This document shows, piece by piece, positions 14,099-26,706 of a DNA stretch of 64,000 nt. Location: assembly GCA_951406725.2 (NCBI GenBank), contig OX597825.1:75082001-75146000 (forward strand), given 5' to 3'. This DNA comes from Octopus vulgaris (lineage: Eukaryota). Each line of letters opens with the position of its first letter. The stretch's first letter is position 1. The notes under the pieces are model-generated. The model was not told the DNA's origin, did not search any database, and saw nothing but the letters and a program-made list of their open reading frames with translations. The translations under genes were made by a program, and so were the position numbers.

Positions 14099-16308
14099 TT
14101 GCATATTCTTGAATTAATGAAGCTTCTGTTGTGATGTTTCCCCCTATCCTAATGAGATCTGACCATTCAGACCTCATGTGACAGTGAGTTGGTTTTGACA
14201 GTTAGAATCTGTGGCTGTTTATCAGTAAACAAATATGAAGCAGCATGAATTAGGATTTGAAAGTCTTGGCACTTCTCCATTTTTGTTTTTTCTTTTCTTT
14301 TGAGATTGTTCAGCTGACTTCATGTATTTAACTTTCATGAGTGAGGGTAATCTCCTACATAAATATATAGTCTTGTATCTATATCAGATTCAAGGCATTT
14401 GGTTTTCCACTGTGCTCTACTGTTGGAAGAGGATAGATATATCATCAATGGCCTCTTTTCAAGACTTGCATGGTTCAGATGGAATTTGTTGAGGCAGATT
14501 TTCTACAGCTGAGTGCCCTTCCTGTCACCAACCTTCATCTGTTTCCAAGTGAGGTAATATTTCCCTATGGTCAGACAGGGTTTTCACAGAAGACTGGAAA
14601 TGAACAACATTGCTTGTATGACGGTGATGCTCATTTACAACCGTCAAGTGATGTCAAGACAAGGGTACCCACAAACACACCACACACACACTCAAACATA
14701 TGATGGGCTTCCTTCAGTTTCCATTTACCAAATCCACTCACAAGGCTTTGTTTAGCCCAGGGCTATAGAAGATACTCACCCAAAATGCTATGCAGTGGGA
14801 TTGAACCCTACCCCACACCTCTGGGAAGCAAGCTTCTTACCCAAATAGTCATTATTATGAAATAATAATAAAAGTAAAACTCCAAACCAGAAAAATATTT
14901 TGAAATTTGTCATCAAAAAGAAGCTATTTGTACAAATTATTTAAGAATCTTGGAAGAAGAAAAGGTAAATTTAAAAAGAAAAATGGCTATATAGTAAACT
15001 TTGATCTGGATAAAAATAAACCAGAATCCATTAATATGGAAGGTTGTCATGCTAAAAACAAGATGCCAGTTGAAAGGCAAAATGTATAGATATTGAAAGA
15101 ACCTTTAATTTGTTTGAAATGCCCTTCTACAAAAAAAAAAAAAAAAAAAGCAAAAAATAACTCCCAGAAAACAAAAGGCTGCCTCATGAAAATGCTAGCA
15201 TTTGCAGGGTTTGTCTAACAATAGTAAAATGTTTAAAGATATTTTGGACTTCAAAATGTTATTGGGAGATCTAAAGCACAATAGTATCATTGTCTGTGCT
15301 ACTGTTGTATGTATGGATGCTTACTATTTTCATCTCATTTCACATTACTAAGATATTGTAATTTGGATTGCTCAAAGCTCTACTAATACTAGGCTCTTCT
15401 TCTGTCCTCAAAAGAACCTTTTGTTTCCTATGTACCTTGTCTTTCTTTAGTCTGAAACTGAATCGCAAACAAACAAACAAAAAATTGTTTTTACTGGTCT
15501 GATTGACTTCTTTGATGAACTGAATCTAGTAACCTATTTCCTTGTCAAGGCTAAACTGAAGCAAGCAGCCAGCAGTATCATACCTTTGTTTTACGAATCA
15601 TTCCCAAACATTTTCAGGCCACTACAACTTTGTTTGATTCTGTTAATTATTTACAAATAGATTCATCCAAAGTTGTCCTAAGAATTAAACAATAGGAGTA
15701 ATTACAACAATTAATTCACCAGAGGACAATAATGACATAATATTAATTAGAATTGTAATTCAATAGCAATGGTTTCAATAGCAACCATAAACATATGTTT
15801 CTACATATATACAGAGCCACTGCTTGTGTTACCATCCCCAGATCTTTGACCTATTTTAAAGCATTGTAAATAATAATAGAGTGTATGACTTACTGACAAC
15901 AATAATATTAAAGTTGACACAAAGAGGATAATTAAATAACTGAAATCTAATTATTGCATGTGGTTAGGGCAGTATATTTAATAAAAATATTCACACTGCA
16001 TATTTATATTGACATCATAGGAATTCATAAACTTTTGTGAGAATCTGAAATAATTTTAAAGCACATAGGTAAAACTATAACTAATAGCACGTAAATGTTG
16101 GGTTAAAAGGCATTTTGGATAGAATGCCTGTCATATCTACAAGAGATGTGGGTTCAATTCTGATGAGCAGCCTTCAGCACTTTTACAATTTAAGAGGTTT
16201 TTAACCCAATATTTACATGCTGTTTAAAAGCTACAACAATGTGAAAAAGTGCATTGTGACTAGAGGTGTATAACAACATCCAATAGTCTGGCCGTTGCAG
16301 TGGTTTTC

Positions 16309-16339
<31 letters not shown>

Positions 16340-16345
16340 GTGTAC

Positions 16346-16382
<37 letters not shown>

Positions 16383-16434
16383 AATATATATATGTGTACA
16401 TGTGTGTACATGTATGTCAATATATATATATAAG

Positions 16435-16692
16435 AATATTTTGCATAATGAGACAAAAAATCAAGGCTGCATAGATATTAGAGCATTTATAGATAGAAGC
16501 TCTAATATCTATGCAGCCTTGGTTTTTTTTATCTCATTACGCAAAAAATTGTTATATACACATGCTGACATAGAACCAACGTTGAACCCTTTATTCACAA
16601 TATTACCGAATCTGGAACTTAACTATGGTCTGTCTATAGCACTTATCCAGCATTACCTGACACTTTTGGGTCTCAATGACACCATTATCTCT

Positions 16693-16695
<3 letters not shown>
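16435..16695. mobile_element. (TA)n-embedded element with a ~50-bp terminal fold-back
   Basis: Arms 16435-16484 and 16499-16550, with a perfect 23-bp core caaggctgcatagatattagagc. Confidence 0.65.
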
Positions 16696-16732
<37 letters not shown>

Positions 16733-19419
16733 GTACTTACGCATGCACATACATACATATGATGGGCTCCTTTCACTTTTTGTCCACCAAATCCACTTAG
16801 AAAGCTTTGGTTGACCTGGGACTATAGTAGACACATGCCCAAGGTGCCATGCAGTGGGATTGAAACCAGAACCATGTGATTGGGAAGTAAACGTCTTGCC
16901 ACACAGCCGTGCCTCTTTCAGCACCACACCTGTGTAATACAGGTACACTTGAACCTGATATGTAGTGTAGCTGTCAAGAAAGTTTCCTAACCACACAGCT
17001 CCCCACCCTTTTTTTTTTCTCTTTGTTCTTAGCACCTTCTCAAGTAATACCAAATTCCTGTATCAGAATTTGGTGACAGCTAATTAGGGGATAATTGCTT
17101 ATTACTAGGTGAAACAGTTTATTCAGTGAGTGCATGCACATTGAAGCAATACGTGTAATCACAAGCTTATCCGTTTCTGCTGTCTGTTGCAGTTATTGAC
17201 ACACTTTTCCTAATGTATTCACTGAAGTGTGACTGTGCATATAGTGAACATCAATTTGAAGACTTTCTTCTTATATTGATCTGTGAGCATTGATATTTTC
17301 ACAGCAGGATGGAATGGTGGGGTTAGGGGGTTTGTTATTTTAGTGATAAGTATATATTGAAAATCGGATCTTTATTACTCATTCAAGTTATACTTCCTGA
17401 TCTTTTTCCTATTTTCTTAAATGTGATCCATTTAGCATCATCACAATCCATGAACTCTTTCAACACCTGGTTTATTAGTTTTTCGCATTATGATGCATGA
17501 ATTCAAAGGCATGCAGGTATGCACACACACACACACACACACGCACGTACATGTGTTACATATGCATATGTGTATATGTATGTCAGCTTATCTAGTTGTG
17601 AATCTGTTTGGTGTTGTGCATGTATGTGTATGTGTGCATATATATATATATATGTATGTATATATATATATATACACATACAAACATACATACATACATA
17701 CACACATTCACACACACATAAATTACATATATCTGAGTGTGTGTGTATGTGAAATAATGCAATTATAAATATTTTCAATATCATTATTCTCCATTTAATA
17801 TAAATTAACCATTTAAATGTGGAATAGGACAAACTGAGGAATTATAAACACAATTATTTTGGAATTATTTTGGAATTTTAGCAAATGAAAATCTCATGGA
17901 ATGTTTTGCTTTCTCCCAGCATGATGCCTTATTATAAACAACATAAACAGAATGAAATATTTCTAACCAGGTATCAAATCTAAGATAACTCGTTAGCCTA
18001 CTAGAATTTAGATACTTCTATGTGACAGATATGTCCTACGCAAGAAGGAGTAAGAAGGCAGGGGAGGAGAGGAGAAGTTTTAAGATATGGGCAAATGAAA
18101 ATGTTTCAAACTTGGAAATGTATTTATAGTTTAGTCAATACTATAAGCAATGAGAAACAAATGGATAAAAACATTGGATTGTTGAGAAAGAAACTGAAGA
18201 AAAATTATGAGTGTTCAGCTGTTGCTGAATGACCTTCAATCATGATTTTGTTTATAGTGATCAAATGTATGGGCTGTACATTAACTGAGTCCTTCCATTA
18301 AATTGACATTACCTGAATGGGCGCATGGTGCACCATGTGTCAGGTGTTGGCTTTATCGCAGAGCAATGTGTGATGAAGTATTTTGCTCAAGAACACAACA
18401 CACCACCTGGTCGAGGAATTGAAACCACAATCTTATTTCTTTATTGCCCACAAGGGGCTAAACATAGAGGGGACAAACAAGGAGAGGCAAATGGATGAAG
18501 TCGATTACATCGACCCTCCAGTGCGTAACTGGTACTTAATTTATCAACCCCGAAAGGATGAAAGGCAAAGTCGACCCCGGCGGAATTTGAACACGGAACA
18601 TAACAGCAGACGAAATACCACTAAGCATTTTACCCACCACGCTAACGTTTCTGCCAGCTTTCTGCCACAATCTTGCAATCGTGAGTGCAACACCCTAACC
18701 ACTAAGCCATGTGTCTTCACACACACATGCACACGACAAACATAAATGTATAGACACACTCACATATATCTATATATACATATATGTACACACCCTCATG
18801 CACATATGTTTGGGAGTTTGTTCCCCTGTGTATGTCTTCACATTGACACCAATGAAACAACAGCAACATATATGTTTCATATAAGTAAAAAGTCCAGTTA
18901 AAGTTCAATGGACAAAGGTATTTGGAAAACAGGTAAGCATTCGCATCAGGAAGGGCATCTGGCTAGAAAATGAAAAATCTCGTCTGACCCATGTCAGCAT
19001 GGAGAAAGTGGATATAAAAATCAATGATGTGATTTAACTTCAGTGTAAGCTCTTATGTATCATAACATTTTATTGTACATATGTGACATTTTATATATAA
19101 ATCTAAACAGATGAGGTTTGTTTGTTTTTTTTAAGCTGATTACCTTTTTACATGATAAAATCAAATGGTATATTCAGGTTTGAAATTCCATTGTTAGCAG
19201 GGACCAGTTCTGTGGTTTTCGTTGAATTGCCTAATCAAATAGAAGAATAAGCAGTGCATATGACCTTTACGGACCCTCCAAGATAGGTGAAATCAATATA
19301 GTAAATGTTTAGGTTGAATATATTGTTAATGAGAAATAATATTTAATGTGAGTGGGGGAAGAGGGTTTGGCTGAAATGCTGTATGAGTGACTAAAGGAGA
19401 ACAGATAGTGTGTCAGGTA

Positions 19420-19835
19420 AGGCGGGAAGCTGGCAGAAACGTTAGCACGCCGGGTGAAATGCTTAGCGTTATTTTATCTGCTGTTACATTCTGAGTTCAA
19501 ATTCTGCCGGGGTCGACTTTGCCTTTCATCCTTTCGGGGTCGATTAAATAAGTACCAGTTATGCACTTGGGTCGATATAATCAACTTAATCCATCTGTCT
19601 GTCCTTGTTTGTCTTCTCTGTGCATAGCCCCTTGTAGATAGTAAAGAAATAGGTATTTCGTCTACCGCTACGTTCTGAGTTCAAATTCTGCTTAGGTTGA
19701 CTTTGCCTTTCATCTTTTCAGGGTCGATTAAATAAGTACCAGTTACGCACTTGGGTCGATATAATCGACTTAATCCGTTTGTCTGTCCTTCTTTGCCCTG
19801 TCTGTGTGTAGCCCTTTGTGTGCAGTAAAGAAATA
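19420..19835 (+). mobile_element. Dimeric tRNA-derived SINE (family 1) with a 17-bp TSD
   Basis: agatagtgtgtcaggta at 19403-19419 and 19836-19852. B box gagttcaaattc in each monomer. Many copies, e.g. 1065-1450, 18443-18665(-), 21520-21725(-), 30597-30812, 36573-36790(-), 43320-43770, 47868-48063(-). Confidence 0.9.
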
Positions 19836-20609
19836 AGATAGTGTGTCAGGTAGGCCTTTTTATAGAGGTGATATATAAGCTAGTCCAGAAGAGCTGAGAC
19901 CATTGTAGTAGTAGTAGTAGTAGTAGTAGTAAAGAGGAGACAGTACATCATTAAACAGAGTTATGCATTTCTAAGTAACTTCGGTATTCACTCTTTGCTG
20001 CATAGCTCTAACATCACTAAAATAAAATTTAATAAAAAAAAATAAAAAGGGACAAATGTATTTTCTCCTTCATAATATGAGATTATCACACCTAGATCAA
20101 CCGGCATCATGTCTGCTCCAGCAAAGCTGGCCTGAGATGAACAACAGAAACTGTATAATAGCAATACAGAAACTCATTTAAAGAGAGACTGACATACTTT
20201 AAAATGTATTTGCTTAGACTGTTGCATTCAATATAATGTAACTTTATTGTTGTTATTGTATTTTATCTTAGATTTCATGCTGTTTCCATTGTAGCTTCAC
20301 TTGAACCATTCTGATAACATTGTTAATTATAGGATATTAGAACACGCATTATAAAATCAGTATACTCTCCTTAATTAAGGTGTATCGTATAGTTACTAAT
20401 TAAATTTGTATGATGCCCCAAATCTAATTAGGTAACTTATTTTGCTGCAAAGCATGTCCTGCAGCTTGGTTGATTGCATGTTGCGTAGCTACTAGTTACT
20501 AGTTTAATCATTGCACTTTCAGAGAGATTTTACTAGTAGGACTTGCGGTATTATCGTCATGAAAATTTTCAAAGTAAGAAAGAGAAAAGCCTTATTTACT
20601 ATGGAATGC

Positions 20610-20943
20610 GGGACCCCCTTCGGTCACGACACTGACCATGGGATTGCACCTAGAAAGTTACCCTCCTAGTCACAACCCTGGGCAAGGTGGTTTATGGAAG
20701 ACCGGCAGTCACCCATGCATACCGGCCTCCCCTCTCCATGCCACCAGTGTTATCCAAGGGAAAGGCGAGGGCCGATACAGCTTGGCACCAGTGACGTTGC
20801 AACTCATTTCTACAGCTGAGTGAACTGGAGCAACGTGAAATAAAGTGTCTTGCTCAAGAACACAACACGCAGCCCAGTCCGGGATTCGAGCTCACAACCT
20901 CACGATCGTAAGCTTGACGCTCTAACCACTGAGCCATGTGCCT
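20610..20943 (-). mobile_element. tRNA-derived SINE (family 4)
   Basis: Minus strand: tggctcagtggttagagcg ... gagctcgaatccc ... ttgagcaagacactttatttcac. Copies at 5148-5482(-), 54903-55200(+), 50150-50465(-), 34490-34735(+), 55605-55830(+). Confidence 0.85.
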
Positions 20944-23076
20944 ATGAAGGCAGTAACAATAGTAATAACAGTGATGATCGTCTCTCCTCTCAATTTTCAT
21001 GTATGAATTTGAAGGAAAGGATTAAAAAAGAAGCTGCATCTATTTGCAGTGGATGCATAAATGTGATTCCAGATATGGATTTTGCTATGATGCCACAAAT
21101 TGTTTAGATGCATCATGACACACTTATTCTGTAAATCTTTTTCTGCCAAACTACAAAGGTACAGGGATGTAAACATCCCAGCACCGGTTGTCAAGTGGTG
21201 GTGGACACACACACTCACCATGGGCACTTCTTTTAGATTTGTTTTCCTCTACCAAATTCACTTACAAGTCTTTGAGTCGTCCCAGGGTTATAATAGAAGA
21301 CATTTGTCTAAGGTGTTACACGGTGGGATTGAACCCAAACTATGTAGTTGAGAAGCAAGCTTCTTACCACACAATCTTCACTGTGCTTATAAATCTGTAT
21401 CTGTAGGTTTTTAATTATTTATTTTCTTAATTAGTTATTGGAGTCTTATCCTCCCTTTAGACACTCTCTCGATATTTTTGTTAGAGTTTTCACCAGTTGA
21501 CACATGTTTCTTTCTACTCTAGGCACAAGGCTCAAAATTTTTGGGGAAGGGGGGGCAGTCAGTTAGATCTACCCTAGTACACAACTGGTACATAATTTAT
21601 CGACCCCGAAAGGATGAAAGGCAAAGTCGACTGCCGCGGAATTTGAACTCAGAATATAAACACAGACGAAATACTGCTAAGCATTCTGCCTGGTGTGCTA
21701 ACATTTCTGCCAGCTCCCTGCCTTCCAATCAGCACGTTATCTGTCAAAGGTTATCTTATTCTGATCCCCATGACATTTATTTGGTTAGAGTAGATTTTTA
21801 GCTAGATTATATTATTTATTTCAAATAGGATTTACTATGTATGAATCAGTAGTATAGTATCTGAGCTTGACGCTTACCTCATTGTTTATAGCTGAGTAGT
21901 CTGAAGAACTTTATTCTGTGTTACCTTCTACCTTTTTTTTATCTGCAATCCATTAATAACCTTTATCATCACAAACCTCTTTCTAATAACACCATTTTTT
22001 TGTTCTTTCACCAAAGGATTTCTCCTTCTCTGAAGAGTATTCATTTCTCATTTCCTTTCTCTGATATTTATTTAGCTTAGGTAGATATCTAACCTATTTA
22101 AACAGGAAGTGACATGCTATTAAAATACATTAGAGATTCCCTCTACCAATATTTTATGCTTTCTTGTTTGATTTTCTTGGTTTTGGTTCTTATTTCATTT
22201 TCATTAAAAAAAATATATATATATCTTTGCTTTTTTTTTCTCCCCTTTCCATACCTGAATTGTTTCATTACTTGGAATTTTAAAGTTTATTATGTTGTGT
22301 TTACATAGATTCACTAAAATAAATATATGCCTTAACATGTTGGGCAAAACTCTTCAGTTTGAGAATTCTGCTCACAGTAACCTAAATATCTTTCTGTCTT
22401 TTTATGTTCAGATGCCCATACTTCTTTTCGAATCCTTGGAATTATATTTACTATTGTTATAGATTGTAATGACACACATACGCACACACTGCCCAAGAAT
22501 TCATAGGTTAGAAAAACATATACACTTATGTATTTGTCAGTAGAATGGGTATATTAATTGAAGTATACAGATCATCTGTAATAGGTATATAATACTGTAC
22601 ACTTCGATTAACATATATATATTTGTAATATATATAAATTGCATAGGCATGGCAAAAAGTTTGCTTCTCAACCACTTGGTTTCAGAATTCAGATTCTGTG
22701 AGCAAGTGTTTTCTACTATAGTATTATGCTGACAAAATCTTTGTGAGTGGATTTGGTGGATGGAAAGAATCCTGCTGTGTGCATGTGTAAATGTGTGTGG
22801 TTGGGCAGGTGTGTTGTCTTTGTGTTTCCTGTTCTTGACATTGTGTCACAGTTGTAAATAGGTACCACTGTCAAATAAGTATTATCCTTTATTTCCAATT
22901 TTCTATGGAAACATGTCCAGCCATGGAGAAATATTACCTTGTTTGGAAACAGTTGAGTTTTGGCAATGGGAAGTGCATTCAGCCATAAGAAATCTGCTTC
23001 AGTGAATTCCATCTGACTCATGCAAGCATGGAAAAGTGGACATTAAGATGATAATGATTATATATATATATATATT

Positions 23077-23372
23077 TAACAAGTAATCACAACATCAAAA
23101 TGGCTGTTCCATGTTACTACTACTAGTTTAACCTCAGACAGACCTTCTGCTAGCTGGTTATAGGTGTGGCGCTGCAGCTTGTATGTACGATATATGTTGC
23201 TAGCAGGGGGAACAAACCTCTACAATCCTCAAGTGCTGCACCGATAACCAGCTGGTGGAAGATCTGCCTGGGGTTAAACTAGTAGTAAGATGGAACAACC
23301 ACTTTGATGTGGCGATTAACTTTACTTGTTAGTATAGTTAATACTCTGATCTCTTCTTGAGATTTTACACCT
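23077..23372 (+). mobile_element. Older fold-back element in (TA)n (~97-bp diverged arms)
   Basis: 23077-23173 aligns to the reverse complement of 23232-23331 with many transitions and small indels. TA tracts at both ends. Confidence 0.7.
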
Positions 23373-25322
23373 ATATATGTTTATATAGTGTTTAGTCTGA
23401 AAATTATTAAGATATATTTTATCAATTTACCTGTCAATGCACTCATGTGTGACCTGTAGTAGTATTTACTCTTTTATTGCTAGTCTTTTTTTTCTTTGTT
23501 TTCCTTCTTTCACTGATTAAGCAATGTCAGTTCCCTAATCCATTTAATTGTTGGGAAACTACTTTAAAGACTTGACAAGATATAGATGGTATACCATTTT
23601 CTCAAAAAGTCAAAAAGGTGCACCTTAGTATATCTGTTCATAGTGTATCTTTTCTGAACCAGCAAAAGGAACCATATTCATTTCAATACCTTATTAATGG
23701 GAAGATCTGAACCCAGTTTGGCAAGCGAATGAAACACTGATCAATTCTAAAGTGTTGCTGATTTTATGTTTAAGTTGACAATATAAGTGTTGTCCACTGT
23801 CCTTTTTTAGCATCAGGATAGCCCCCTTCCCACAGACAAATCAACGCACTTGGTCCTATAGTATTTATTTATTGACAGCAAGCCACAGGTTAGAATTGAG
23901 CTCCTAGACCCTTAAGGCCCCTGGATAATTGCCCAGTGTGCCCATATGTCTGGACAGCACTGACTATCCAGTCCCATCAACTCAGTAAGTAATAATGTAA
24001 TGTTGCAGTTTGTAGGCCAATATTCCTTTAACCTGACTAGTTGTTTTTCCTTCATTACTAAAAGAAATAACCAAAAGTTGGAGGAGAGGCCAAATGGTTT
24101 AGAAATTTGCTTCACAATTACCAGGTTTTGCATTTGGTTCTTCTGTGTGGCAACTTGGACAAGTGTCTATTATCATGGCCTTGAGTTATCCCAACTGTGT
24201 GCAAGCCTGTTGGATGGTCTGCATCTAAAATTCAAAGGACCAGTCTTGTTACAAGACACTGTCATGATTCTGTTTAAAGATTACTTAAGGGTACATAGGT
24301 TTATGGAATACTCAACCGCATACGCTGTAATTCAAAAGTAGTTCTGTTGATTGAACAACTGGAATCAACATGAGAGCTACTACATACTCATGTAGAAATT
24401 TTACAAGATTATTCAGAGACAATGCTTTAAAGAAATACATAAGTGGAAATATACTGTTAAATGCTAAACTCAACATGTGCAAGTTTGGAGTATCGCTGTT
24501 TTTTTAGGATGGACTGCCATATATAAATAACAGTAAAAAACAATGCTTACAATAGAAAACTCAAGTAGTATACTGCATTTTTTTTTTGTCCTTATTCATG
24601 GAATTATTTTTGTGGGAGTTCATTTTATAGACATTATTATTTTATGATTAAAACAAATAATGAAGTATTTTTTTGTTACATTGTCATGTCTTTGAAAGAA
24701 AATGTAAGTCAAATAGGAAGGGCAAGAAAAAAAAAAATCCAAATCTGAAGTGGTTTATTCAATAGTTATATTTCTATAATTAGAACAACTATATTTCCAA
24801 TGCTGAAAGTAGCAAAAAAATTTACTCAAAATATTACAGTCTTTGCCTTAATTATAAAGTAACTTTTTTTTCTAGCACGTCTTTGTGTGTGTGTGTGTGG
24901 TACTATTCATCAACTTTCAGAGTCTTTGTAAATGACCATCTCATGAATAGTAAAGTTTACTTTTGTAGTCTTTTAATAATTGTTAAGTTTCTGTTCCAGA
25001 AAATATGAAAAACTACTCTGAAATATATGCATTTACTTTATTTTATTTTTTGCACACGTTTGAGATTATTTCTATTCAGTTTTGGATAGAGGGAACATTT
25101 ATTTCAAAGAATTCTCTGTATGAGTCATTAATGAAGATAAAAAATTAACAGATTTCACATACAAGTCAGATTCTATAATTTTCTCAAATTGTAGATAATG
25201 ATGATGATATATATATATATATATCAAGGGAAAGTTTATGAAAATAAACAAAATACAAAGGAAGGTGGAGTAGAAACAAACAAATGTATTAGTATAGCGC
25301 TCAGGAATAGAAATAGAAAAAG

Positions 25323-25360
25323 TCTTTTATGTTTTGAGCCTACGCTCTTTGACAGAAAGA
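25323..25360 (-). ncRNA. Decayed minimal hammerhead within a (TA)n-embedded ~190-bp element (25226-25410)
   Basis: Minus strand reads tcttt-ctgtcaa-a-gagc(gtag)gctc-aaaac-ata-aaaga. Stems I and II are perfect; three core G>A changes all fall at inferred CpG sites. Confidence 0.55.
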
Positions 25361-26432
25361 TACACAGAAAAAAATGCGTGTAGGAGCTAACGATCTATCA
25401 TGGCGTGGATATATATATATATCCACATCTAAAATCTATTCACCATTTCTGCACCATTTATAAACATTTTTTTACGAGGTGTGTGTGTGTTAATGTTTGT
25501 TTTAATGACAAGTTATAATAACACAATTTAACATTAAACTGAAAAATTACTCAACAGAGTGCATATTTAGTACATTTTTACAAGAAAAGGAGTGACAGTA
25601 ACGCCAACAAAAGCTAGTAAGTTGAATCATCAAAGTCACCTCACCCTGCTTGTAAAAGTATAATAAATATATATATGTATAGAGAAGGGGCTTAGATTTC
25701 TTTTACAAAACAATGTTGTGGTAATTCTTTTTGTTACTGCAGTATATCTTGTATCTCATACACCTGCCTCCTTCCACCATAAAGGTCCCAAACAAAGTAA
25801 ACGACATTCTTTAATGAAATGTTGCTGATTTTCCAATTTACCATATATTTAAAATTCATTAAAGAAAATAAAAGCTCTGCAGAATCTGTGTCTGTATTGT
25901 AAATATTGAAAAGAATGCAGTCACACAATATAAAATTGCTTATTCTAAACAAAACTTTCAATAATTTTGTCAAAGAAAATTAAATGATTTCTTTGTTGGT
26001 AGTCCCTCCAGCTTGGCGATAAAATTAAAATAGCTAAAACATTTCTGATATAACAATGTAATATCATCATCATCATTTAGTGTCCGCTTTCCATGCTAGC
26101 ATGGGTTGGGTGGTTCGACCGGGGTCTGGAAGCCATGGAGGCTGCACCAGGCTCCAGTCTGATTTGGCAGTGTTTCTACAGCTGGATGCCCTTCCTAATG
26201 CCAACCACTCCATGAATGTAATATATATATATAATTAAATACACAATATATTTATCAAAAAACAGTTAAAATGGCCTAGGAAAGAACAGAGTATGATGAC
26301 TACACTATTAAATTCAGTACATAGATACACTTGGAGTATATTGACATTTTGGACGTTAGTCCTTTTTCAGAGAGTAAAGGACATGATGACAAACATACAA
26401 AGAGAAAGAGAGGATGAGTGACATATACATAC

Positions 26433-26538
<106 letters not shown>

Positions 26539-26673
26539 CACATATATATAAACGTGTGTATGTAGTGAATTTCATCAGTTTAAATAAGTTTGTATACCTT
26601 AGGGAGAAAAGGAATGATGTATTGTAGCTGATAATTCAGCTGAGAGTTTTTCCAACATGAAAAATTGCTTTCT

Positions 26674-26706
26674 TCTCTGACGAAGGAACAACTCCAAAAT
26701 TTCAGA
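26674..26706 (+). ncRNA. Decayed minimal hammerhead
   Basis: tct-CUGACGA-a-gga(acaac)tcc-aAAA-tttc-aga. G12>A at an inferred CpG; stems are short. Confidence 0.4.

Noticed and set aside
20360-20520. Cluster of TAAT/TAATTA homeodomain-like sites in unique sequence
   Set aside because: Expected by chance in AT-rich DNA; no conservation data available.
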